Origin: Camelus dromedarius
Taxonomy: Eukaryota
Direction of reading: 5' to 3'
Length of the DNA: 60,000 nt
Assembly (NCBI RefSeq): GCF_036321535.1
Contig: NC_087436.1
Coordinates: 34,226,001 to 34,286,000, forward strand
Made by a program: the position numbers and the translations under genes. Below are positions 1 to 12,627 of this stretch, one piece after another (position 1 is the first letter of the stretch; every line of letters starts with the position of its first letter). The notes under the pieces are model-generated. The model saw only the letters and a program-made list of their open reading frames with translations. It made no database searches and had not been told where the DNA came from.

Positions 1-3000
1 CTATCTTTCACTTCCTTTATGAACTAGCCTTGTCCGTATGCTGATATTTTAAAACCAATTTTAATATTAGGGGAAATATTAAAGAGGTCACCTTAGCTTA
101 ATGAAATCAGAAATTCATATTGTTGAACTTATCTCTGAAATTGCTCCAGAATTCTCATTATCCCCAAAGTTAAAAGACTTAACTAGAATACATGATGAGA
201 ATATTTTAAACACTTCAAAAAAAAATTTCAGTGTTTGACAGTATAGGCAAAATGTTTTGTTACATTCATTATTCTGTATGTAGTCTTTGTTACAGAGTAC
301 TATTAATAAACTCTTATAGAATTTTACTTTGTTATTGGCCTTTACTAGTACTTATTAAACAAAATTTAAATAAGGTTGGTAGAGTTATAAAGTGAAACTA
401 AGTTCTCTGATTAATATTATAAAAAATGTAGCCCTAAGTTTTACCTAAAGTGCATTATAGTAGAATTTAGTATATAAAGATACGTTTCATTTGTTTTGTG
501 ACATTGATGATGATAATATCATTTAGATTCTATTTTTCAGTTATCTCATGATGATTACTGAGTCTATAAAACTATTTTTTGCCAGTTATTTTATGCAGCA
601 CCTTTTAGGAGACATGTAATTTGCTTAAAAGAAAGTCCTAAAATGTAATATGAAATTATACTGAATACTCCAGAGGAAATTTATAGAAAAACCAGGACAC
701 ATAGAGGTATTTTATTATTTCACAAGAATAATTGAAAAAATATATGATTGGAAAACCAAAATGTCAGAAAAGGAATGAATCACTTAGTTATTATTTTTAT
801 CTTCACAGTTTTGAATGTCTCTTTTCCACAGAATATAGCCACAAGTGGTCCCTATAACAATTTGAATGGGACCCAGAGAAATTAAAATGGAAAATTAAAA
901 GCATCGGAATTGGGAGGCAAATGGAACTTTAAGACAACTAGACATGTCAGAGGTAGTTATTCAGTAATTTTACCTGAATTATACTTCAGCTCTATTTACA
1001 ACAAATTCAGCAAAACATACTTTTTGTGGGAGCTGACACCAAATTCTGTGAAAAAGTATAACCCTGAAACCAAATGAACCAGTTTCAAAATCAGTAGTGA
1101 AGTCTAGGACAAAGCTGATAATAGTTCAGGGCAAAAGCTCTCAAATGCCAGGAATGTTAACTAAGTCTTACATAATTAGACAATGACAGAACTGCTGAAA
1201 AATATTAGTAAATTGCCTTATTTTAAGAACTTGTGTTCTTTAAACTCACTAGACCTATTATTTTTTTACTTTTAAAAATGTGTAGCTTACCAAATTTAGG
1301 AAGTTACTGATTATATCAATTGTCCAAAAGAATGTGTGTGGAGCACACACGAGAACCAATAGAAATTTCTTTGGAAATGAATGAAATAATTCTCTGAGAA
1401 CAGAGCTATGTAGATTTTGAAGTATTTTGGAAAAGGAAGAGTCTAGTCACCCCAAATCACAAGCTTCTTGAAGACAAAAGTTGTCTTTATTCACCTACTT
1501 CTTCCCAGTGCTTGACACACAATGCTGAACACATTTTTTAAATGTACGTTATTACTGAGACTCATGTACAGACTAATTTATAGGGAATAATTATACTTTA
1601 ACCTGATGTACCACAAATATCTATTTAGAAGTTCCCATTAAATGTAGAGTGGCCAGGAATTGTGCTTTAATTTGGATAGAAAGCTGCCTATAAATTATAG
1701 ATAATTGACTTTGCCACTTCAAAATCTCTTGAGCATTTCTTGGACTCATTCTGTTCTTGATCTGCAGCTGCATAAATTAAGACAATTTCAAATGCAAATG
1801 CACTCTTTCTGTCTTGTAATACTGACAGCCCAAACCATCCTCTTTCAGGAAACAGTATTTTATAATCACTGTCTCTAAAAATTCTGGTTTTGATTCACTC
1901 TCCAGATCCATGTATCCGTGTGTGCAGCACATGCTGTCATAAGCTTTTTGCATCAGTTAGAGGAAATATTTAATGACTGGTTTCCTATTAAATGGTAGAG
2001 ATCATCAAGTTTCATGATGATAGTTCTCTCAAAGCAAAGAGGGCAGTCGTCTTTTCATTTTCTATTTATCCAAAGCCATTTCCCAAATTTATCAGTTTCC
2101 TATGAAGAGTCCAGCTCATCATCTGACTTTCTGATGAGCATTATTACCCCAGATTCAGTTCCTGCTATCTTTCTCTTTCTTCAGACTCATAGCTATAAAA
2201 GAATTAACACATTTTTGGAGTTGGTTATGCTGTGCTTATTGTTTTAATCATGCTGTTTTTCTAAAGAGTTATTTCTCTTAGATGTCTTACTTTTCTACTT
2301 CAAAGTTGAGTACTAATAACTAAGTTCTTGGCAGCATTTTGGCCAAAGACTGTGCAAATAGAGTAAGAAAAGGATGACTTAAGTGAGCAGACTGCTCTGG
2401 CAAAACAGAATCTTATTTTCATCAACATCTGTACCACATACAATGTGGTTTTAATTTGAAATGGGGAACTAACCGACATTGCCAAAGAACTCTGTACATT
2501 CGTGGTTATTTTATTTGGGCTAGAATGGTACACAGATTAAGATCCCAACTTTCTGCCAGAATACCACGATGAGTGCACTTTGTACTCTGCAAACTGATTT
2601 GGGGGTTCGGCAAATTGATTCATAAATAAAATTGGAAGTATCCAATGGGTCACCTGGAAATTATCTGCTTTTATGCAGTGTGTTTTTAAACATTCTGTGG
2701 GTCTTCTTCCATTTTAATTATATGTCTTCAGATATGGAGACGCTCTCAAAAATATTTTCAGTATTTCTAACTTGAATACACGTTACATGAGGATTTAACG
2801 AGTCTGTCATCCATTCAGCATGGAATAGAAATATGAAGAGTCCTTAGGTTACCTATAGGATGTCAATTAAACATTTGTCAGAATTGCCTACGAATTCTAA
2901 CATAATTTTGGGTCTGACATATATATATTGTACATATGTCATACGCACATAAAGAGACTTCCTCCTGAGTTTTCCTGGTGTATGCCTAAAGTATGTCTTT

Positions 3001-3769
3001 ACATCTTAATCCTAGTTCACCACACTTAACTTAGATCTTTAATAAAATTCTAGCATACTTGTACAAAACTTTATTAGTGATGCAAAGATGGAGGTTAATT
3101 ACACTCATCATAAACAAAGCTCATTATAAGATACTTGGACAAGTTTTAGTTGCCTTCAGTTTAGGCATAGATTTATCATCAAGTCTTAGAGATATCTTGT
3201 TTGCCATCACTCTTTGCCACCAATATAAATCTATCTCATTTCACTTGAAAATTTTTCTTTGCAAATGATCCACTTCATGAAAAAATAAATCAATCAATTT
3301 TTGAAATTAAAATGTCTGCGATCTTCTAATTAGTAGGTATTACATACTTTGGATATATTCATGGCTCAGCAGTAAAGGAAATAGACTGCTTTACTATTGT
3401 ATATCTTAACATGCTTCCTATTAATATGCCTACAGGTTTGGATTGGTCATGGAGGATCGCGTGAATCAATCATCATTAGCACAGACATTCATCTGGATTA
3501 AAAACATCTCTCCTTTTGTCTTCTGGATCTTAACCATCAGTGCAGAGTGAGTACGCATCCACATTCTCAGGGTTTGTTTTGCATTTGGAGATGCACTTAC
3601 GTTGCAAGAGAATATACATAAATGAAGACTTGCTTCAACAATAATTCTGTTTCTGGGCCTGTTCTGAATTATCATTCTTACTCTTTATCCTCACATCCAT
3701 TCAACCTTAAGGTTTTTGTGGTGCAGTCTTTGTTGATGTGTTGACAATGAGCTGGCTTCGCTCCCTCTC

Positions 3770-4216
3770 TGGCTGTTCCTTTGACATGGAATGTTCTCCA
3801 ACTGGCGGCGTCCCCATGCCATTGCCCCTGCCTGCAATAGCATCACCCATGAGACTGTCCCTGGCTTGCTTTCCTGTCTCATTCAGTGCTCTGCTCAAAT
3901 GTCACCTCCCCAGAAAGGTCCTCCCTGACCAACCCACCTACACTAGCGTGCACACTCCCAAATCAACATGTAGCCCTTACTCTGCTTCAGTTGGCTTGCT
4001 AGCATTTGTTTCTACTGGACAGTACACTGTATCATTGTTACTGTATTTATTGGTTATTACATTGTTACTGTAATTATTGGTTGATTGTCTGTCTCCTCTA
4101 CTAAAATAGAAGTTCCATCAAGGAAGGTCTTTGTCTATTTTTTTCACTGTTTTATCCCCTGATCAAGAAGAGTGCCTGGCATATGAAGAACACTTAATTG
4201 TTTATGATTAAATGAT
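3770..4216 (+). mobile_element. LINE-2 3' fragment (degraded)
   Basis: ctctgctcaaatgtcacctccccagaaaggtcctccctgacc and agagtgcctggcatat...aaatga resemble the L2 3' end; boundaries approximate. Confidence 0.75.
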
Positions 4217-6915
4217 TTACCCAGGACACTGAACTTCTTTATATCTCAGTGTATTTCTTTGTTGAGGGAGAATGTTGTACTTCATGGTCTTGGGTCTAAA
4301 ATATATTTGTTTGCAATGATTATCGTAGATGCATAGATTATGTTGGGATTGGATCAGTGATATTTACCTGTATGTATCAACATTCTGTGCACCAAAATGT
4401 ATTAGAACCTAGTGCCTTTTGACTCATTAACAATAAATGAAAATACTGAATACATATATAATACCAGCCTGTAACTCCTGGACTGGTAAACTATTAAAAC
4501 TGCTGGTGGGCTCAGCGGTAGTAACCATGTAAATTTTTAAAGATGTGACATTTCACTCAAAATATCTGTAAGGGATATGTACTAGATTAATCATAGACTT
4601 TAATATTTTATTTCATACTGAAAGCTCTAATAGATGTATGCCAAAATATATTTCATTTCTAGGCTTATTTTTCCTAGGGGAAAGTAAATTGAGTCATCTA
4701 GGAATATTAGTTCTTTTAGAATTGAATCTATGATATAAAATGATGGAAAAAGAAAAAGTGCACTGCTGAATGATTGGTTCAAAATTTAAAATTCATCTTT
4801 ACCTTTTACAGATTAATTTATCATAATGTTGAGTTCAAGTAAATAAAAATTTCATGAAAATAGTGATTTCTGGGATGGGATGTCTAGAAGTAATAAAGTC
4901 ACAGGGTGATACATTTTTTCTTATAAAGAAAAATATTTATAAAGAATCTAACTTTCAATAGTTACCACTCTCATCAACCTTGGTGTCTATAAACATTTTA
5001 ATAGCAACATATGAGTCAGAAGTTGTGCTCCAGTCCCTTCTGATGCTCCATTTTCCTCAGATGATTTTAATTTATCTGAACAAATGGTCAATAACTTAGA
5101 AAATTTTGTAAACGGCCTTGAAAGCAACAGCAGTGCACTCCTTAACTGCTGAGTGATTGGAGTTCTGTGTCGTGGTGCCAATCTAAGCCTCCTGATCTTG
5201 TGACTGAGTGATCACAAGCTGCTTCTCCTGACGACATGCCCACTAAGATATTCTCTGTGTGCACCTGAAAGAAAGTAACGTTTTCTCCACAACACGCAAG
5301 CAGGAGGGGCCCCAAGGAGCGACTGTATTGCAGACAAGCCAATAACCCTTGCAAGGACTGGATTAAAATTCTGACATCATGGTCTTATGTGCGAAAGTGC
5401 AGGTCACTACTAATCATTAATTTGTGGGGATGGTTACCTGTCAATCGGTCTCCAAAACCCACCTCACTACAGTAATGTTATGTCACTTCACTATTTCAGT
5501 AAGTATTCATCCCCATTTTAAGTGAAAATGTCATTCCATACATTTCTGATTCATTTTGCTACATAAATTTTATTCTTGCTTCAATGGCAATGATTTCAAA
5601 GAGGAACCAAAGACTAGAAATGCTCCTTTAAGAATCCTATCTTCTGCCTAAACTGGGACTAATTAATCAAAATAATAGTAATTCTCTATCTTGCAAAAAA
5701 TTCTTAGGGAATTAGAATACAGAATCTTGGCATCAGATTCTTTACCCTTAATCCTTAGTTGAAATCATGTTTATCATTTTACTTTTAGCACTGTTCTCAA
5801 TTATAGAGTTTATATTCTTAAGGACATTGAGATGCGTCAGAGTTCCTTGAGAAAAAAAAATGTTTCCTGTTTTGAATTATGCAAAGCAATCAACATGTTC
5901 CCATATTTGATGCATAAATTTATAATACTAAAATTCACAGGGAAATACTAAAACATGTTGGCTCATCACAGGTAACAAAAAAGACCCCTCCAAAATTAGG
6001 TTAGTAGTCTTACACTCAGTCCTTAAACCATGTGAAAAGAATATTACAATTTAGATTATACCCACATTTTATTTTCTATTTGAAGAAAAATAATAATCTC
6101 AGCATTACTAAATAACAAAATAATTCTAGCATGTATCTCAGTCTGTTAATTTTTAAATATTCTATTTACTAAAATATTTTATTTACTAAAAGCTTTTCCA
6201 TATTTTGTAAACTAAAAACTTTTCTATGTTATTAAAATCTCTATTCAATATGAAACAGCCAGTGGTAGAGGACAATATTCTCAGCAAATATTAGTTACGG
6301 AGCAGATATTTGACTGCAGACAGTTCTGAGATTGCGAGGTAATTTGCAGAAGTCCTATTATTTCAAATGTAACTGTTTATACCAATGGATTTGTCCTGGG
6401 CTAGTCTCTTCCCCTGAACTGTTTCACTCTTGGGTGACTACCTGAAAACAGGAATTTGTCTTGGCTAAGATAGCATGTTGAATTTGTTCAGAATTTATGC
6501 AGCAGAGTGATCAATAGATTAAAGACAGGTAGGTGTAGCCAAGTGTTCACTGCCATTCCTCCTACATGCCATTGGACATAGAAAATTGGGGGCTGGGTCC
6601 TTGGAGAAAATGAGGCCCAGACATTTTTCCCATCATTAGTTTTAATTCATTGCCATTCCTATTACTATAAGCCTGGTACAAAGCTGGCCTTTAGTGAACA
6701 TGCTCTCCTGGGAGCTTCCAAACATTTACGGCCAGAAGGCTTCAACCAGGCTCATAACAAAGGTGGTCCCCTAAGCCCCAACCTAGTCTAGACTCATCAT
6801 ACTCCAGGGAAGCCCAAGAATTCTGACAGATAAAAATCTATTAAAGTGAACTTAAAATATCTGTTCTGGCAATTATCCAGACTCATGAGTTTTTTAAAAA
6901 AAATGATGTTGCCCA

Positions 6916-6921
6916 TTTATT
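6916..6921 (-). terminator. Candidate distal polyadenylation signal AATAAA
   Basis: Plus-strand tttatt; canonical hexamer followed on the minus strand by CA dinucleotides and a T-run. Confidence 0.55.
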
Positions 6922-7037
6922 GTTCAATTTGCCATACCCCATGGACAGGCAGAGACTGTTCTCAATTGGGCGTGGGAAGTGTGGGGAAATGAAAAATTAC
7001 CATTATACTCTGAATGCAAAGTATTTTAAATAAATAT

Positions 7038-7043
7038 TTTAAT
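7038..7043 (-). terminator. Candidate proximal polyadenylation signal ATTAAA
   Basis: Plus-strand tttaat; upstream (minus sense) TGTA motifs and U-rich tracts; ~1.15 kb after the stop codon. Confidence 0.6.
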
Positions 7044-8191
7044 TCTATCGTTGGCATTTAAAAGTAGAAAGCATACAGTATGTTACAAATATCAAAATGT
7101 GAAAAATATGAACGTTACATAAGTAACAAATGTAAAAAAAGTATTTTCTTACCTTCCCTGAAAGTAAGAAAACTCTTCAGCATAGGAAAATATCAGTATC
7201 AAAACACAGCTTAGGTGTAAAAACAAGTTTTTACACAGTATTAAAAAAATGATTTACAAAATGACAGAAAGTAAGATGTTTTGAAATTTGACTTTATATA
7301 AATTATAAAAACTGGGTACTTGGGATAAATGTTAAATGGTTGAAAAATAAGTCCAATCATAGGCTTTCTTTAAGCAGATTCTTTAACATTTTAAAAGCAT
7401 AGAACATTTTTTTCAATAAATAACTTTTAAAAGTGTCTCTGAGAAGTGCTGCTGGAATATCCTTCCACGGTAGGAGAGGGCAGTGTTCTGGGGACAACAT
7501 GCAATCATTCCGTTCCTAGTGGAAGCCTGATGAAAGTCAGGAGACCATCACTGTTCACAATAAAGATTCAGGATTTGTAACAAAACTTGGTAAGAAAATT
7601 CTAAAGTGCTGAAAAAAATGACTTAATTTTAGTACCCACGGTCATGAAAAAACATATTCAAATATCCAGACATTTCTGAGCAACATCAACTATGAAATCT
7701 GTAACTCTGAGAAGGGTTAATACTTAGTCTTTCATTCAAGGATAGGAGGACTGTTTCTACACTTTACAAAGATTGGTTAAGCCTCAAGGATCTTGCAATG
7801 CAAAACATAATGGTGATGATACAATGGAAACAATACACAGACCCCACTGTGAAAGCACAAGTTCATTTCTGCAATGGCAACAGTATTAATCTGAAAAGTC
7901 ACAAATCAAACATCGGTAAATAAGAAAAAACCTTAGCTGCATGCCACATGACTAGTTACAAAATACGATGCATGCAGGAAAATAAAGTCAACCAAGTACA
8001 TTTAAATTAAAGAGTTGTTTTGAGTCTGTTTCAGCAGCATTGTGGTTATTATTTTTAAGTTCCCCTCCAACACCGGTCCATACTGGCCTGTTTTGCAAAT
8101 GTGACCCACTCTAGTCGGCAACCTCACAATGGTTTGAGTGTTTCCTGCTTTTATGTTTTATAACAACGCCAGTACACGAAGTTCACACAGT

Positions 8192-10056
8192 TCACACGTA
8201 CTGTTCTGCTTCCCCATCTTTGGGGGCTGGCTTAGTGGTCCCACTTTTGCCTTCTTCATTTGCTGCTGCTTTTTCTGGGAGAGATGCCAGATCTTTAAAA
8301 ACATCTACATAATGGCCAAAGCCAGGGCCCCAGTTCAAAAGGTTGTCCCAGTTGAAATTCCCTGCTTGCTGCCCGAGCTTCAAGGGCAGTGTGTTGTCAG
8401 CAACCCCTGGGGCTGCTGCCTGTGGGCCCACAGGTCCTCCCTCAGCCCTGCGGCCATGGTATCTTCTGGGCTTCAGTCTGGCTCCGTAATTATCTTCATC
8501 ATCTGCATCAGACTCATTGACTTGAGATAATTTGGGCATCCTGGAAGTATACACCATGGGCTTTTCCCTGTCATATTCCATTTCTGAGCAAGTGAAAGAC
8601 TCATGCGAGTCACTATCCGACGAAGACTCTGGGGCTGGAATGCCATCCGCTGGGTTCCGCGTTCTGGACAGTGGCCTTCTGCAGTCCTCCTCTGAAGACG
8701 ACCTTCCGTGATCTGCACTGCAGATACTCGGGTTTCGAGGGCGAGGGGTGTTTAGCCTCTCCACCTCTTCAATGGAGAGTCCTACTGGAGGAGAGGATTC
8801 CAGAGGAATCTGCCCGATCGGCTGCTTCAGGCGACTCCCAGGTCTAGAACCGTGCGACGCCATGGCCTGGGGACTCTTGCTTCTCCTTCCCAGCCTTGTG
8901 GCGTAGTTGAAAATGCCAGGTTGGCACGCGTCGCTGTGCATTTCCAAAGTATTCCCATCCCTCATCGGAAGATGCAACTCCCTGGCTGGGCTGTTCCGAT
9001 AGAAGGTAGAGGACTTGGAGAAAGGGGCTGGACTGTGGCGCGACAGAGGGTTGGGGGTTGGGCAAGCCGAGTGGCTCAGGGAGCTGGACCTTAAACCTTG
9101 GCTGTAGGGAGGCTGGTAAGTCAAACTGCTTGCTCCCAACGGCATGGGGGATTGCCTGGCAAAGCCCAGAGGGCTGTGCCGCTGGATGGAAAATTTAGGG
9201 GTGTGGCTGCGGAACTGCTTGTAGTGCTGGACGATGTCGGCGTCGGAGGGGGCGATGCTGCTGGCGTTGTCGATGTCGTAGTGCTCAATCTCTTGCTCGG
9301 GTGAGGCCAGGGGGGCGCTGGGGATGGTTTCTGAGTTGTGCGGAAGGTCGGTCTCGTCGTAGATGAGGTAAGGGTTTTCCCTTTCAATGATATCTGGCTT
9401 CGGGTTCCCTTCCGGCTGCTTCCTCACAGTCATGTCCTCCCCATAGGGAGGGATGTTGTCTGGGTCATCAAAAGCAACATTCTCACTTCCCTTTTTCTTC
9501 TTTTCCTTGGGTTTCTTCTCTTCTTTGGGATTTTGGGCCTTCTTCCCCCGGCACTGATTACACAGGATCAAGCTCAGGACCAGGAGGGCCAGGACGGTGG
9601 CGCAGCTGCCCACGATGGCAGGCACCGCCCACAGAGGCAGGGAGATCTCCTCGGGGGCCTGACTCGGGACACAGACGTGCCCCCCGGGACTTCCAGCTTT
9701 GCACACCCTCCCCGGAGGACAGAAGACGCCAAGACAGGCCACCACCGTCTCACAGGTCCTCCCCGTGTGCGACTCGGGGCAGCTACAGGTGAAGCCGGAG
9801 TGCAGGCCTGGCTCACAGCTGCCCCCGTTCTGGCACGGGTGGGAGGCGCAGTCCCCGGGCGGCACGCACTTGTAGGCGTACCACTGATTGAGGCACAGCA
9901 GATCGCCCCAGCAGGGGTTGCTGGCACAGATGTTCGGGCCCCTGCAGCCGATCTTCACGGAGGGATCCGTCCTGGAGATGGAGGCCAAGCTGTGTCTCCC
10001 GCTGAAAGGAAGGCTTTCTCCGCCGTACAGCATAGAAGCAATGCAGCCATCAAACC
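8192..10056 (-). CDS. FAT4: FAT4 terminal exon coding part: end of LamG2, EGF-like domain, transmembrane helix, cytoplasmic tail ending EQYV
   Basis: ORF 8192..10033 extended to the cctgcag acceptor (GFDGCIASMLYGG...); hydrophobic TM LWAVPAIVGSCATVLALLVLSLILC followed by a lysine-rich stop-transfer segment; FNWDNLLNWGPGFGHYVDVFKDLASLP and terminal EQYV are characteristic of vertebrate FAT4; TGA at 8194-8192. Confidence 0.98.
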
Positions 10057-10919
10057 CTGCAGGGGCAAGAAGGAGCGGTAAGGCGTTTCAGGGAAAACCA
10101 AAGGCTTAACAGGCCGCACTAATGGAACCTAGGAAAGAGAAGCTTCGCAGTCGCATCTGTAGAGTTTAGAAACCACACTCAGAGCCATCTTCCGGTTTAA
10201 AGGCAATATATCTGTGCCTCTTACAACATAAGTTAACAAGATGTGTAAGAGTTCCCCGACAAAAATGTGGAGTGGACTGCTGGGACCCCGCCCTGCCTGA
10301 AGATTTATTAATGACTCCAACAGGCTGGGTTTTCCTTTTAGCCCTTCTTTCATTTAATTATCCATTTGTTTTATTTTTATGGTCTCTACACCAAGAATTA
10401 CATGCATAAAATAAAGTTTATTTTAAAAAATACTAAAAAATACTTCAAAAATTGGCCAATAGCTTCAACCATTAGATCATGCAGTCTCCATGCAGGGGCT
10501 ACTGCTCTCAAGAAGTTGAACAAGGGCTCTTGAGGAGCAAAAGGAAAATCTGTTATAGTACCATGTTTGTGGGTCTCTCTAGGGGTGACAGAGAGTATAC
10601 TCATGGCATTAATATTTCATCTCGTGGGGATGGCAGAGGTTAGAAAAGAAAAATTTAAAACAGCTCCTGAGAGGGTGATGATTTTAAAAAAAAAAGTTGA
10701 GAAAGACGTTAGACTCATATCTGTGTGCTAATATTGCTAATGTTCCAGTCACAAGCTCAAGAGTATATTTTGACACTAACAAAAGAGCATGATTTACACT
10801 GGCTTATTTTTTAACAACATCCAAATGAATTAGCATCCAGATTATAAAACTAGCTAAATACGTAAGACCTAATGATGACCCAGGCTTTAACTCTTATGCT
10901 TTGACTCCATTACTCTGCC

Positions 10920-12145
10920 ATGCTTTCTTCAATTTCCCTCTTATTTGATGCATCATTCCACCCTAGTGACATTTCCATCCTCGATGCACTTTTTTTCCGT
11001 GAGCTTCTATGACATCTGCTTTCATTCCTACTCTTCTGGTTTTCTTTCTGTGACTTAGCCCACTTTCTGTCTCATTCTCTTCTAAACAACCACTGACTCT
11101 TAGAGTTACTGAAGGTTAAGGCCCTAGGCTTTCTTTTCACTATCGTCATGTTAGGTTATCACATCCGTGCCCAGTACTTAAGTTACCTGCTCCACACTGA
11201 CAGCTCCTAACTATATATTTCCAACTGAAATCCACTCCTCATTTCTAGCCTATTGACCCAAAAGTCTTTCTCAAAGATGCTCCAAACCCAGGAAGTCCCA
11301 AACCAAAGTCCTGATGTTCCCCAGAGATGTGCTTCGTGTGGCACTGCTCTGCATTTCCTCTCCTAGTGGCACTGCCCTTCTCCTAGTTGAAAAGACAAAA
11401 ACCTTCCTGAATTTTATCAAAATCTTCAACATTTTCATTGATTTTAATTCCCCAAATATTCTTCCCTATCCACTTTTCAGCTGCTCTGCCACTAAACTGG
11501 CCAAAACTCACACAATACCTTGCCTAGGTCACTGCAGTTTCTTCCCAGCTAATTTATGCAAGTCCCCTCTTGTCCTTCTGCAACGCACTCTCCACGGGGT
11601 AGCCTGAAAGATCTTTAATGTCCTGCATATCTAATTTTGATACTCCACTGATTAATTTTTCAGTAACTTCCCATTGTTCCAAGAATGAGATCAGAATTGC
11701 CACATGGTCTAGAAGAACCTTCATTCTCCAACTTCATCTTTTATCTGTGACGTTAGCCCCCAACATTTTGGGTTCTGTGATCTTGACTTTTCTATTTTTT
11801 CCTTTAGTTCCCATTGATATGACTTAATCTTTCATACTGTCCCATCCTCATCTTCATAGGTCAGATTTAAGTACAAATGTCAATTTCCAGAGACGTTTCC
11901 CTTTCTCACTTTGTTTTGCAATTTATTAGAATTTTAGATTCTTCCTTCACATCATTTATCAAAGGTTAAAATAATATATTTACTTGTGTAATGATTTGAT
12001 TACTGTTTGTCTTCCTCACAGGACCATGTAGTCTATGAAAAGAGTGGCTATTTAGTCCACCATTGTTGTTCATGCTAAGTATATATAGGGCTCGGTAAGT
12101 ATGTGTTGTGTGAATGAACAAATGGATAAGTAAATGAGTGAATGT
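10920..12145 (+). mobile_element. LINE-2 fragment (degraded, ~1.2 kb)
   Basis: Pyrimidine-rich L2-like text (tgcctaggtcactgcagtttcttcccagct, ctccacggggtagcc) ending in a tgaatgaacaaatgg...gagtgaatg tail; boundaries approximate. Confidence 0.7.
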
Positions 12146-12365
12146 CTAAATAAATATTTGGTGTACAAGGAAAGGATCAAAACACCATGGACTGAATTAT
12201 GGACTTGGCAGAACAATGGCTAAAGAAACTGATGGCTGATAATTTATTACCAACTTTCTAAAGATATTTATGAGAGTCTTATAATGGATACTGTCGGATA
12301 TCCAACTACTCTTGGAGGAGCAATCTTACCTTTCTTTCATGCCTCTACTCAACACAAGCATTTAC

Positions 12366-12627
12366 CTGTTTGAGTATCTCGATGAGCCTGATTGGGTGGA
12401 ATTCCTCCGAGAGATATAGTGAGCACATCGAGGCCACCAAAGTCCTGAGTAGGGTGGATGATATCTCTGGTATAAATTCTGTCGATGGACAATACTGTAG
12501 CTGTTCCATTTTTTCCAATTAAAAAAGTATGCCAGTGGCCATCTGCAACGTAGACATCAGGAATATTTCTCTCCACTTTCCCAGCAATTCCTGCATCTGA
12601 CGTAAAATGCACTTTGCCATTCTTAAT
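12366..12627 (-). CDS. FAT4: FAT4 coding exon, 262 nt (approx. exon 17), laminin G domain 2
   Basis: IKNGKVHFTSDAGIAGKVERNIPDVYVADGHWHTFLIGKNG...LGGIPPNQAHRDTQT; ttacag acceptor, CAG|gtaaat donor. Confidence 0.94.

Larger units (their letters stand above)
6895..8191 (-). other. FAT4: FAT4 3'UTR (end approximate: ~7015 or ~6895 depending on poly(A) signal)
   Basis: AT-rich, apparently repeat-free sequence after the stop codon, ending near ATTAAA/AATAAA hexamers. Confidence 0.7.

Noticed and set aside
2114..2139. 8-bp hairpin GCTCATCA/TGATGAGC containing CTGATGA (hammerhead-like core)
   Set aside because: No GAAA partner or three-stem junction visible; expected by chance in 60 kb.
2014..5354. 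Short ORFs downstream of FAT4 as a separate gene
   Set aside because: No homology cues or exon structure; several overlap an L2 remnant.
9338..10081. 247-aa plus-strand ORF and other overlapping ORFs (8138..8530, 9574..9927, 9121..9387)
   Set aside because: Shadow frames of the GC-rich FAT4 terminal exon; no recognisable domains.
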